Below are positions 49,827-60,070 of a stretch of 64,000 bases of DNA, one piece after another. Origin of the DNA: a virus (Duplodnaviria; Heunggongvirae; Uroviricota; Caudoviricetes); IMG/VR virus record IMGVR_UViG_3300021387_000091, positions 69,979 through 133,978 of that record; one strand, 5' to 3'. Both the position numbers and the translations under genes were made by a program. The first letter of the stretch is position 1. Every line of letters starts with the position of its first letter. The notes under the pieces are model-generated. The model did not search any database. It was not told the origin of the DNA and worked only from the letters and a program-made list of their open reading frames with translations.

Positions 49827-50043
49827 ATATTTCTGTGATTATAAAATCTGGATATTCTTTAATTCCTTCTTGACTAAGTACGACGTAAGAATCCTCAGAA
49901 ACCTTTTTAACATTTAAGAAGATATAGTGATCTTCATTATTTTGTTTATAGTTTATCTGAAGAAGTTTTGTTTCCGGATAATATTGGTTTTCTGTACATC
50001 CAATAAAACAGATTGATAGAAGAAAAAGAATTATCTTGTGCAT
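49765..50043 (-). CDS. lipoprotein
   Basis: LLSICFIGC lipobox; overlaps next gene start. Confidence 0.35.
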   Translation of the reverse strand: MHKIILFLLSICFIGCTENQYYPETKLLQINYKQNNEDHYIFLNVKKVSEDSYVVLSQEGIKEYPDFIITEIFDYYGSTSYWDSSSVNKRRR

Positions 50044-50312
50044 AACTTTTGAGCAATTCTAATAAATTCACAAATATCATCTTTTGAACAATATCCAACA
50101 TTCCCATCAGATATTTGATTGTTAATAGTTGGTTGATTATCAAAAAGAAGTTCAAATTCATATGGTAACCATTGGTTAGTATTAGATGAATGCATATATA
50201 CATTACATCCATAACCATTTGAGAATTGAAGAGTTGCTTTTAAAATACGAGAATTTGGAGAAATCGGTTGAAAGTCAAGATTATCGAAATTAAATCTCTT
50301 TCTTTTTGGCAT
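50031..50312 (-). CDS. hypothetical protein
   Basis: ORF track. Confidence 0.4.
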   Translation of the reverse strand: MPKRKRFNFDNLDFQPISPNSRILKATLQFSNGYGCNVYMHSSNTNQWLPYEFELLFDNQPTINNQISDGNVGYCSKDDICEFIRIAQKLCTR

Positions 50313-50879
50313 AGTCGGATACTTATTGTAATTGCAAAACTAAGAGCGGATAATAGATAAGTTGAGATTTAGTAAGGGCTGGAAGGGAGAAAAGATAGTC
50401 CACAAAAATTTCCAGCCCTCACCAATTTTCTCTATCGCCTCAACATTCTGTGAGATGGCACAATGTCATTACTTACTCTTACTCGAAGAGTTACGATAGG
50501 ATACTCATCCGTTTTAGGATCCGGGAGTACAGTTTTGTCAATACGTTTAAGGATAATGCCTCTAAATTTTTTCATAATTGTATATTTTTGGATGGTTTTA
50601 CGTTCGGAAATAACAAACCATTTAAGAGAATGGATATCCGAATTTTGGAAAATTTTCTGGAAAAATTTCGGAAATATAATATATATATTTATATAATAAT
50701 ATATGTAATTTCCAAATATATTTTTTCGATTTTTAGATATTTTCGGATTATTCACTCCTATTAAATGTTTGTTACGAAAACATATAGTTACTACGCGCGA
50801 AGACTTAAAACTTGTTCGGAGATTTCGCATTACGAGTGGATTTTTCCAATCTAATTCTCTTAGATGAGATTTCAACATT

Positions 50880-51323
50880 TAGATGAGCGTGTTTAAGCAC
50901 TTCTTCACTAAAATGTTTTGGACAGTCTTTTGCAAACTGTTTGTAGGATTCACTGTGTTTCATTGTGTGTTAAATGGATTTTTTTGACAAATTTTTCTTA
51001 TAATGAAATTTTGAAAATCATATTTATATTATATATGAACAGTATTAAGTTAGACTAAAAATATTAATCTGATGAAGGCATCACTCTATTCTAAGCTTAA
51101 AAATTCATAACCCCCACTTACTTCACAGATGAACTTTTTACATGTGTGAGGTAGAACTTTACATCTGACATGTAAATTTTACAAATTTTGAAGTATATAC
51201 ATTTGATATGTAAAGTCTACAATTTTTTTTGAAAATATTTCAAAATTTTGTAATTTTTGTACAAAATAATTTGTATAATTAAAAAATTATTGTTATATTT
51301 GTACAACAAAATAAATAAATATT
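50880..51323. promoter_or_regulatory. strand-switch region with direct and inverted AT-rich repeats (candidate divergent promoters/origin)
   Basis: Between last minus-strand gene and first plus-strand gene; repeats TTTGTACAAAAT, TTGTATAATT, TTACATGT...ACATGTAAA. Confidence 0.35.
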
Positions 51324-51851
51324 ATGGCAAGAAAAAATGTATTTAGTCAACACACAGAAACCTATGTAGATTCCAACACTGGAGAAGTTTTAGAGTGTAC
51401 TGATTTTAAAAGAGGTTATATACCTATAGATAATACAGAACATTTCTATATGACCTTTATTGAATTCTTATCTCCTTGATACAAATTAAAACCGGAATCT
51501 GCAAAAGTTTTATTAATGTGAATGTGTGAACATGCCGAGTGAGATACTGGGTGTGTTTCCTTAACAACAATTAAACGCAAAGAAGTATGTGATACATTAA
51601 AATTGTCTCCGCAAACGGTATCTAATTGCATTACTGCTTTAAAAAATGCAAAACTGATTGATGGAGAAAAAGGAGAGTATCGCATTAATCCTTTCTTATT
51701 TTGGAAAGGAACTAGAGACAAAAGACGCGAGTTGTTAAAAGATGCTACAATTGAAGCAACGTTTAAAATTGTTCCAAAATCAAAGGTAAAGGAACAACAA
51801 GTAGAAAATGGTCTAGAACCAATTGAAATGAAAAATTTTGAAAATGAATAA
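51324..51851 (+). CDS. winged-helix DNA-binding protein (replication initiator/regulator-like), 3 in-frame TGA
   Basis: Continuous frame from ATG 51324 through TGA 51477, 51519, 51540 into track ORF 51603-51851. Confidence 0.5.
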
Positions 51852-52131
51852 GTCAATTACACCCGAAAAATGAAATGCGTTAGAAGAAGCTTTTGGAAAT
51901 ACTAACGCAGAAGAAATTCTAGATGGCGTACAGTTCCAAGAATATGAAACCGTTGTACGAGCCTTAAAACATCTTTATGATGATACAACAGATACAAAAC
52001 AAAAGAATGATATTGCATCTATTGCCAGACGTTACGAGAATAAATGTCTAGGTATGTTATATGTAACAAATCGTCTTTATGGAGATAAAAACTCAGAGTT
52101 TACTTGGAAATATCTAAGTGAAACAAATTAA
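51844..52131 (+). CDS. hypothetical protein (1 TGA)
   Basis: ATG 51844 overlaps previous stop; MNKSITPEK(W)NALEEAFG... Confidence 0.4.
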
Positions 52132-52214
52132 TCATTAATGATATAAAAGTTTCAGATTTTGGAAACTTTGTTTCATTTTATATGAATGATTTGTTGCAAA
52201 AAAAATGAAAAAAT

Positions 52215-52250
52215 AAATCCCAGACCAACTTAAAGGCCTGGGATTTTCCA
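52215..52250. terminator. bidirectional rho-independent terminator
   Basis: AAATCCCAG...CTGGGATTT 9-bp stem, T-rich flanks. Confidence 0.5.
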
Positions 52251-52274
52251 TTTAAACACATCACACGAAATTTG

Positions 52275-52347
52275 TACTCGATAATGGATTCAAACCATTG
52301 TTTCCTCATAGAGAGTGAGGTATCCTAAGTCGCTAGATGAATCGAGC
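52275..52347 (-). tRNA. atypical tRNA (anticodon CUC, Glu?) paralog A
   Basis: GCTCGAT TC ATC TAGCGACTTAG GAT A CCTCA-CTCTCTA-TGAGG AAAC AATGG-TTTGAAT-CCATT ATCGAGT A; G1:U72, no G18G19, U at T-loop position 56, pyrimidine at 37. Confidence 0.5.
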
Positions 52348-52354
52348 AAATTGG

Positions 52355-52427
52355 TACTCGGTAAAGGATTCAAACCTCTGTCTGTTGCCGGAGAGACAAC
52401 CGTCCTAGATCACTAGACGAACCGAGC
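52355..52427 (-). tRNA. atypical tRNA (anticodon CUC) paralog B
   Basis: GCTCGGT TC GTC TAGTGATCTAG GAC G GTTGT-CTCTCCG-GCAAC AGAC AGAGG-TTTGAAT-CCTTT ACCGAGT A. Confidence 0.45.
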
Positions 52428-52812
52428 ATATATTCCGGAACGTATACAAACCGGAATGACTAACTAACCTAAAACTTAAACGCAAAACAAATGGAGGCTA
52501 TACGTTTTTATGCACTGAATAAAACCAATCATTGTGCCTTTGATTGGAGTGGATTTTTGATTAGCAACAATTGTAGTATCAAAAAACTGTGTTAAGCCTT
52601 TATCACTTACTCAGGTTTAACGGTAAACAGACGACTTTGTGAATGCCGTTTGCATTTAAATGAAATTCATGATATAATATTTGTTTTGGAGGGAGTGTAA
52701 TACTCAAAATCCAGTACATGAATTCCATTTATTTGCGTTTTCTATTCGTAAAGTGCCAGCGTTTGATAGTAAGTAATCACCGTACAAGCGACCTCATACG
52801 GTGATTATAAAA

Positions 52813-53502
52813 CTATTCGGCAGTTGGAGCATACTCGCTGATGAGTACAACTGTCTGCTTCTTGGTAGCAGCTTCGCTCACCTGCTTGCCATCCTTTATT
52901 ACAGGATTTCCTGCAGCATCCAGGACGTCTGTATAGATGCGATTTCCATCGCGATCGAATGCAGGAACATCGATTTCGATAGTACCGACGCCAGTGATTT
53001 CACCGACTTCTGCCAGAGCCTTAAGGCGAGCAAGATTGTTACCGAGATCATACCAGGTAGGATTCACGGCATTGTTGTTAGCATCGCGCTTGGCGAGTGC
53101 AGGAAGACCAAACCAAGTAGCTTTCTTACGGCCATTGAATTCGGATTCACACTTTACGATGTGATAACCAGACTTGCTACCTTTACGAACAGCGACCCAC
53201 TCAACTTCCATTTCTTCGAACTTGGGGAAGCGGAGAGTCTCACCTTCACGAATGGTGTAAGTATCGAAATTTACACCATCGTTCTGCAGAGCAGAGAGAT
53301 TCGTGACTTTCTTGTGCTCACGTGCATTCTGCCCAGTAGTGCCAAAGATAGGCACATCAACGTTGATTTTTTCAATATTCATATTTTTCTCAATTGAGCA
53401 TTTAGTTGCTCTTCCAGTATGGGTTCTTGGTCTTAGTTGGATACATGAAAAAATAAGGGTAGCCGAAGCTACCCTTATTGGATAAGACGGAGAGAGAACC
53501 AC
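52813..53502 (-). CDS. hypothetical protein (GC-rich block; real start probably internal ATG ~53382)
   Basis: ORF track; N-terminal 40 aa low complexity. Confidence 0.45.
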   Translation of the reverse strand: MVLSPSYPIRVASATLIFSCIQLRPRTHTGRATKCSIEKNMNIEKINVDVPIFGTTGQNAREHKKVTNLSALQNDGVNFDTYTIREGETLRFPKFEEMEVEWVAVRKGSKSGYHIVKCESEFNGRKKATWFGLPALAKRDANNNAVNPTWYDLGNNLARLKALAEVGEITGVGTIEIDVPAFDRDGNRIYTDVLDAAGNPVIKDGKQVSEAATKKQTVVLISEYAPTAE

Positions 53503-53699
53503 TTTCCATCTTTACAAACAAACCAGCGATAATGCCATCTTTGAATGAAACCATCGCTGTTTTCAATAGTTGAGCCATCCTCCATTGCTAGAAGATCTTC
53601 ATTACCTTCTGCTCGAATAGCATAGGTAGGAACATCAAAAGTGTCTCCGCCCACACTAATAGTGAACGGAGACATCTTAATGTCTGTAGTGTATCGCAT
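53475..53699 (-). CDS. hypothetical protein
   Basis: ORF track. Confidence 0.4.
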   Translation of the reverse strand: MRYTTDIKMSPFTISVGGDTFDVPTYAIRAEGNEDLLAMEDGSTIENSDGFIQRWHYRWFVCKDGKWFSLRLIQ

Positions 53700-54229
53700 T
53701 ATTCTGATAATACAGAGATTGCCGCAATCGTGATCTTGCGAAGACGATCTGTGCGATGTGCTTTGCCTTCAGAATCTGTCTCAAAGACAGGCTGATGGGC
53801 TTCGAACAGATCATCACACTTGATTGCGCCAATCTCACAGAGTCTGACGAAACGCTGAAGATCAGTTGACATCATTGCCAACTCGCAATTGAGAGAACGT
53901 ACGCTCTCATCATAGAAGGAGTCAAGCTCTCCTTCTCCAGATGGAATTCTCCGGAATGTAGAGACAGGAATCTCTACAAACCTCTTTCTCTGGATAGAAT
54001 AGCCCGAGATGTACAGGACATCTGTTCCTCTGAATTCCTTCACAAACGGAAACGCTTCTTCCTTTCTAGGGAAGACAATTTCTTCATCCTTACGGAATGA
54101 GAAAGCGAGTCCACGACCTTCGCCAAGTTTTGCAATCTTGGCGTTCTTCTGCGCATCAGCAAGAGACATGCCCTTGTTGTTGCGAATCTGATTCTCCTTC
54201 GAAAAGGAGATTTCACTACGATTGATCAT
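53699..54229 (-). CDS. hypothetical protein
   Basis: ORF track. Confidence 0.5.
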   Translation of the reverse strand: MINRSEISFSKENQIRNNKGMSLADAQKNAKIAKLGEGRGLAFSFRKDEEIVFPRKEEAFPFVKEFRGTDVLYISGYSIQRKRFVEIPVSTFRRIPSGEGELDSFYDESVRSLNCELAMMSTDLQRFVRLCEIGAIKCDDLFEAHQPVFETDSEGKAHRTDRLRKITIAAISVLSE

Positions 54230-54348
54230 AATGGTGTTGTGTGTTTAAATGTTTACTGTTATTCCACAGTTGGAACCATTCATATACGTCTAATAGAGAA
54301 AACGCCCCATTTATAGAGGAACTGTAGAATATGTCAAAGAACTATTTT

Positions 54349-54684
54349 CTAATGAAGATTTCGAACCTGGAAACCGTATCTGTACATATGACCAGTGAAC
54401 TTTGTTTCTGAATCATAATATACAATATTAGCGCCGCAATATCCAAGTTGATCTGTGTCTACGAGATGTTGAAGATACTCGAAGCCATCTTTGTTGAGAA
54501 GATGCTCTTTAGCAAACTTAGCTGTGCGTTTAGAAGCAGATGCTGGGCTATCAAACCAGAGTATTCTTGACTCAGGATGAACACGTTGCAGATACTCCTT
54601 AAGATCTTTTGCAGAAGTGGATACTCGTTCAATACTGCGAGGATATCCAACCTCGTCAATCCAATAAGAAACAATTACTTTCAT
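54349..54684 (-). CDS. hypothetical protein
   Basis: ORF track. Confidence 0.45.
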   Translation of the reverse strand: MKVIVSYWIDEVGYPRSIERVSTSAKDLKEYLQRVHPESRILWFDSPASASKRTAKFAKEHLLNKDGFEYLQHLVDTDQLGYCGANIVYYDSETKFTGHMYRYGFQVRNLH

Positions 54685-54702
54685 TGTATAAGATGTTAAA
54701 GG

Positions 54703-55044
54703 TTAGTCATCAAAGATGTCGGATTTACGTTCTGCGTCAAGTGCAAACTTGCGCACGAACTTCAAGATGTTCTGATGAGCGAGATCAAGTCGATCTGGAG
54801 TAATAGTGGGCTTCGGCCTGGGATTGGCCTCATCATAAGCCTTAGCCAGTTGCTCACGCTCCTTCCAGTCAGAACCTTCGTTACGTGCTTCATTACGTGC
54901 AGCTTCCCAGTCAGCAGCGGCCTTCATCTCTGCATCTGCGAGATCGATTACAGCAAGTTCGTCAGTAAGACGATACTGATCAATGATGCTGAGTTCAACA
55001 GTGATGCCACAAGGGCCTTCGCAAGTGTTAATTTGCTTTTTCAT
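54703..55044 (-). CDS. hypothetical protein
   Basis: ORF track. Confidence 0.45.
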   Translation of the reverse strand: MKKQINTCEGPCGITVELSIIDQYRLTDELAVIDLADAEMKAAADWEAARNEARNEGSDWKEREQLAKAYDEANPRPKPTITPDRLDLAHQNILKFVRKFALDAERKSDIFDD

Positions 55045-55232
55045 TGTTTTGTTGGCCCGTATATACCCGATAGCACAGGATTGGATTTTAATTTATTTGT
55101 TAATAACAAACCAGTAGTCTCCTCTTCCATATACACGAGGAGCCACGTGTGCACAGAATGCAGATGCGGCTCCCCATGAACGGAATCGTTTATGAGATTC
55201 GATAAGCCTAGGATAGCTAGGGTTACCTTCAT
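55041..55232 (-). CDS. hypothetical small protein
   Basis: ORF track. Confidence 0.3.
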   Translation of the reverse strand: MKVTLAILGLSNLINDSVHGEPHLHSVHTWLLVYMEEETTGLLLTNKLKSNPVLSGIYGPTKQ

Positions 55233-55247
55233 AAATGGTTACAGTAA

Positions 55248-55862
55248 TCATATGACTTGAGCAATTTCGAGAAGATCATCCATTGTTAGATTATAGGCAG
55301 CAAGGAACTCTTCTACAAGCGCTTTCTTGCGAGCAAGTTCTGCAGCAGCCTTTCTCTCGTCTTCTCTACGCTGAAGTTCTGCAAGAAGCTCTTCATCTGT
55401 GAAAGACTCTAATCTATGTACAGTAGTCTCTTCATTACAGGTAGATACCTCAGGAATGACAGATTCCTCAGGAGAAATCGTTTCGTCACTTGCTGTACGA
55501 GGTGTTGCCTTATAGAGTTTTGCTGCTTCCATAATGTAGGGAACTAACTCTATACCAGTGATCTTCTTGCCAGTCTCTTGATCACGAAAACCAGAGTGAA
55601 GGCGTTCTATTTCATAGCCTTTATTGCTATGAGATGTAATACGGAATAGAACCGTAGGAAGAACATCAGTCTTATGAGACACAGCCCACAAGAACTTGGT
55701 AACAGTTAAGGTGCCAGCACCTTTAAACAGATCTTTCACAAAGCCTGTGAAAATGTTCTTTTGAACATTTCCTTTGGCATCTGTGGTTTCAGCAGTAGCC
55801 TTAGAAATGGCAGTGTACATGTTTGCATAAAGCACTGTACGAGCTTTGTTTGTTTTCATCAT
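55248..55862 (-). CDS. hypothetical protein
   Basis: ORF track. Confidence 0.5.
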   Translation of the reverse strand: MMKTNKARTVLYANMYTAISKATAETTDAKGNVQKNIFTGFVKDLFKGAGTLTVTKFLWAVSHKTDVLPTVLFRITSHSNKGYEIERLHSGFRDQETGKKITGIELVPYIMEAAKLYKATPRTASDETISPEESVIPEVSTCNEETTVHRLESFTDEELLAELQRREDERKAAAELARKKALVEEFLAAYNLTMDDLLEIAQVI

Positions 55863-55863
55863 T

Positions 55864-56181
55864 TTATTTGTTGTTTAGAACGTCGTATTCCCAAGCACAA
55901 AAATCCAATGCATCCCAAGGAAGAGCGTCAGGATTATAATCACGTACCTCTTTGTAATACTGAGCAAAGAGTTCTTTAGAGCAACCATACTTCTTGAATG
56001 CGATAAACTCACAATCATCGTAAGTATGTGTGAGACGGTTTACCGTGGTTTCATCGCCTTTAATATGGGCGATCGCGATGCGAGTAACACGGACTAACTC
56101 GCTTGCAAATATCGCACCTAGTACGATACCTGCGATAACAGAGATAACGATCCACATATGATTATCTGTAAAGCTTCTCAA
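55864..56181 (-). CDS. membrane-anchored hypothetical protein
   Basis: ORF track; N-terminal TM. Confidence 0.45.
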   Translation of the reverse strand: MRSFTDNHMWIVISVIAGIVLGAIFASELVRVTRIAIAHIKGDETTVNRLTHTYDDCEFIAFKKYGCSKELFAQYYKEVRDYNPDALPWDALDFCAWEYDVLNNK

Positions 56182-56482
56182 TGCTGTTGGTTAACTTAGC
56201 TGTTTCTGATTTGACAAATTCAGCAAAGGCATCGATGTAACCATTGAGAATTGACCTTGTGAAGATTCCGTCGAGAGTATAATGCTCATCTTCGGTGATG
56301 GTGATACCTTGACGTTTGTCGCCAATCGTGTGAGATTTAAGTCCGCACTTCTTACAGAATGTTGCAACTGTAAGGACAAATGCGCGAAGATCTGCATCAA
56401 GCGCTTTTGCTTGATTGTTTCGAGTTTCTAATGTTCCCTCGAAATCTTTGATTAGATGATTGAGTTGTTCGATTGTCATCAT
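56162..56482 (-). CDS. hypothetical protein
   Basis: ORF track. Confidence 0.45.
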   Translation of the reverse strand: MMTIEQLNHLIKDFEGTLETRNNQAKALDADLRAFVLTVATFCKKCGLKSHTIGDKRQGITITEDEHYTLDGIFTRSILNGYIDAFAEFVKSETAKLTNSIEKLYR

Positions 56483-56540
56483 AACAAATCGAGGCAGTAG
56501 GTGCCTGTCCTTTACAGGCGTTGCCAGCCATGTGATGTGT

Positions 56541-57428
56541 TTAAAGAACGTTATCGAAATTCCAGAGATCCAGAATTTGCTTTGTAGTCATAAGGCAGCC
56601 TGCAGCCTTGATGTGGCCATTGCCACCATACTGACGGCAGAATGCAGAAGCGTCAAAGTCACTATTCTCCGGAACACGAACAGAGATCTTGTACTTGTTT
56701 TCAATCTCATCTGCGATGCAAATAAACACGTCATGTGTATGAGCAAGCAAATGATTCTGAATACAAGCGTTTGGACGTTCATCAATGCGAAGCATGCATG
56801 CTTTGAAGCCGTTGATTACGGTCTCACGCATGGTTTTGAAGAGTTCTGCTTCGTGAGCAGCACGTTTCTCCTCAAGCGTATGTCCAATAGCAAAGCCTTC
56901 AAAGGCATCGAAGTCATCCATAAGGCGTTCAGCCTCATGAACGTGCTTCTTTGAGATGTCTCCAGTCTCGTCATATCCTTTACCAAAGGTATCGAGATAC
57001 AGACCGTAAGTGAGAGCAGCAGGAAGCGGTGCATAAGCACCACTAGTGTCCATGACGTCAGCAGTGCCAACGAAGCGGATATGTGCAGGCTTGTACTCAT
57101 CTTTGAAGAAGTACCACCAGACGAGCAGACATGCTCCCATTCCATCGACACGAAGTCCAGGGACTTCAGTAAGAACTGGATTGGTCATCAAACGATTGAT
57201 GGTATTCTTGTGGTGATCACACCAGATAAGTTTAGACGCATTCTGAAGCATCCAATCTTCAGATAGAGAGAGATCAACAAGGATAACCTTGTCATAAGAA
57301 GACATGTCCGGCTCAGGATCATTGTAGGTCCAGCCAAACAACTCGGCATCAGGGAAAGCTCTGAGAGCTACCGCGGCGGAAGTATATCCGTCCCAGTCAA
57401 CGCGGTGATACACGATTGCTGTTTTCAT
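56541..57428 (-). CDS. DHH/DHHA1-family phosphoesterase (NrnA-like)
   Basis: CDHH motif and GGNGH motif. Confidence 0.65.
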   Translation of the reverse strand: MKTAIVYHRVDWDGYTSAAVALRAFPDAELFGWTYNDPEPDMSSYDKVILVDLSLSEDWMLQNASKLIWCDHHKNTINRLMTNPVLTEVPGLRVDGMGACLLVWWYFFKDEYKPAHIRFVGTADVMDTSGAYAPLPAALTYGLYLDTFGKGYDETGDISKKHVHEAERLMDDFDAFEGFAIGHTLEEKRAAHEAELFKTMRETVINGFKACMLRIDERPNACIQNHLLAHTHDVFICIADEIENKYKISVRVPENSDFDASAFCRQYGGNGHIKAAGCLMTTKQILDLWNFDNVL

Positions 57429-57588
57429 ATGTTCAATACCAAATAACCTACAGCCTTACAGATTCAATGAAAAAGTAGGTACCATCTGAGAATCTGCTGA
57501 GGAAATTCTCGGATTGGAAACGACTTTTCCAGAGAGAAGGGCAGGGGTAGAATTGGATATAGTGTCTTTTCCCTCACACAACATCTAT

Positions 57589-57618
57589 AAAATAAAAAAT
57601 CCCCAGCATTTGCTGAGG
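57589..57618 (-). terminator. rho-independent terminator
   Basis: AATCCTCAGCA...TGCTGGGGATT stem followed by TTTTTTATTTT on minus strand. Confidence 0.5.
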
Positions 57619-57625
57619 ATTCAAT

Positions 57626-57991
57626 TTAAGATCTAACCCAATTATCCACAATTTGTTGTTTCTTCTGGTTAATTACTGCAATTTTCGCGTCAAGTTTAAT
57701 AAGCTTTGCATTTAATTTAGCGGTTTCTTTTGGATTTTTTAATTTCTCAAAATATTTATCAATCAATCCTTCCGGATCAAAATATTTCTTCATCAATTCT
57801 TTCTTTTCTTCATCCGAAGCATCTTTACTTTCTTCATTATATGCATTTCAAACTTCAGATGTAGCTTCTGGTAAAGTTGGGTATATTCCAGAAGAAAAAC
57901 CTCCGGGAGAAAATAAAGAACCTAACAAAAAGCCTAAAACACCACCTCCAAAATATGGAGTTCAACAAGAATAAGGAATGGGATTATAAGT
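57626..57991 (-). CDS. Gly-rich small secreted/membrane protein (2 in-frame TGA)
   Basis: Manual translation METTYNPIPYSC(W)TPYFGGGVLGFLLGSLFSPGG...; absent from track. Confidence 0.35.
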
Positions 57992-58131
57992 TGTTTCCAT
58001 AATATTAAAAATTTAAGAGTTAAACATATGTTGTTGATCAATAGTTTAATTTTTAAATTATGGCAATACAAATATATAAAATTTTTTGGAGATATCAAAA
58101 TTTTATTGTATATTTGTCAAAATTTATGCTT

Positions 58132-59055
58132 ATGAAGAAACTTTGATTATTGTTATTATGTACATCATGCTCATTCGTTAAAATAGAGCCTGTAAAGGAT
58201 TATGTGTATAAAATTAATCCCAAGTTAGAATATTCGTGTATATTAGAGGATGGATTTATATACGATTGAGATGAATCTACATTGGGTCCAATTGGTTATA
58301 CTGAACCAAATTTATTTTACGCATCTATTTATCAAAATGGAGAGTATTATACATCTAAAAAGTGCGATTCCACATCTATTGAAATTTATAATAATTCTAA
58401 CATAGACGTAATTGTTTCTAATGTTGAATTAAAAGACCAAACGACTATTAAGCTACCGAAAACAAATCAAACAGGATTTCATTTTTTAGAGCAACTTTCG
58501 TTTTACGAACAACCTAATGAAATTTTTATCGGAAGACAATTCTTTTTGTCTGATACAAATTTATATAATTGACATATTGAAAAAGATGGATCTTATTGAA
58601 CAAATCTTACCACAAATATAATCCCGGCAACAAATATTTATATTATACAAATAATAGTAAATAATCCGGATGTTGTATGTGACTCATTAATTGTTTCTGG
58701 TGTAGCTTGTGAATTAAATGTTTTAAATAAACAATCTATTAAAGGAAATGTTTTTGTCTCCTTACAGGAAAAACAAATAAAAGAATCAAATACTGTATAT
58801 GCAGCAAGATTATTATCTTTTGGATTGGGAAATACAGAACAAAATTCATGAGATATATCTGAATCACTAAAAACATATCTCGCTTTTAAAATTTCAAACA
58901 AAAAACTAGAAAAATACATAAAAATAGATATAACAAAGAAGATTATTAAGCCAGGTGGTTTAATTACGATTAAAATCGAATATTCCAATCTAAATGGAGG
59001 AATGGACCTTGATATAAATGATTGGAATGTTCAAGAAATTGAAATTAACTTATAA
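58132..59055 (+). CDS. lipoprotein (5 in-frame TGA)
   Basis: MKKL(W)LLLCTSCSF signal/lipobox; frame runs through track ORF 58282-58572 and TGA codons to TAA 59053. Confidence 0.5.
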
Positions 59056-59056
59056 T

Positions 59057-59941
59057 ATGAAAAAAATTACTACTTTTCTTTTAATGCTTCTACTTTTCGC
59101 ATGTACAAAAGTAGAACAAGTTCAAACTACAATTACTTTTAACGCAGATGGCGTTGTATCAAAAGCTGTTATAGAGTCTACAACATTTCCAAATGCAGAT
59201 TTTGGAGTTTTTGCAGATGTAAACTCTATAGGACAAGAACTAACTACAGAAGGTACAAACTTCATGAATAACGATAAATATACACATGCGTCTGGTACAG
59301 TAACTGCAGAAACAACTAAGTATTGGATTCCGGATACACAAACACAATTTTATGCATATTATCCTTATGGCACAGTAACAAATTACCTATTACATGTTGA
59401 TGCTAATCATAAAGATGATGATTGTGTAGATGTTTTGCTTGCTAAACCTAGCATTGTTACTTATAATTCCGGAGAGAATCCTCCATCTACAATTAATCTA
59501 AATTTTGTACATCAGCTTGCTTTTATAGAATTTCAAGCAAAAGAGGGAACTGTTGTTAGTGGTGTTACAATTAATAGTATAACTTTTGCCGTTGCTCAAG
59601 AAGGAGATCTTAACGTTAAAACACAAGAATGATCCAATATAACTAGTAATGGCACATATACATTCTCGGCAACTTCAATTACAAACACTTATCAAACGAT
59701 TGGAAAGGTTCTTGTAATTCCTCAAAATGTTGTTGCGATAACAATTAATTATAGTGCAAAAATATTTGGATATACCTACACAAATAAAGAACGTACAATA
59801 CCAACATCTAAATTAGGATCTACTAATTGAGAAAAAGGTAAGAAATACATCTACAAAATTTCAATAGACAGTTCTGATGTTATTTCTTTTGGAGTTCAGG
59901 TTTCAAATTGGGATGATGCAACAGATACTGTCATCTACTAA
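59057..59941 (+). CDS. lipoprotein (2 in-frame TGA)
   Basis: MKKITTFLLMLLLFACTK; track ORF 59018-59632 continues through TGA. Confidence 0.5.
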
Positions 59942-59946
59942 TATTT

Positions 59947-59985
59947 AAAAGTCGGTCTATTAAAAAGGCCGACTTTTAATTTTAT
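59947..59985 (+). terminator. rho-independent terminator
   Basis: AAAGTCGG...CCGACTTT stem followed by TAATTTTATT. Confidence 0.5.
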
Positions 59986-60070
59986 TAAGTGCGTAAATAA
60001 AAAATTAATTTGTTTTATTAAAAAATTTTATTATTTTTGCATGAATGTTTAATAAAATTTTATTTATGTT

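Noticed and set aside
50600-50760. CRISPR-like or tandem repeat array
   Set aside because: Low-complexity AT/TA runs (atatatattt...) without regular repeat-spacer structure; no cas genes.
50432-50878. ORF 50432-50878 and overlapping plus-strand ORFs 50450-50764
   Set aside because: Run through AT-repeat low-complexity sequence in the strand-switch region; an alternative 52-aa frame (50805-50962) is equally plausible, so none is called.
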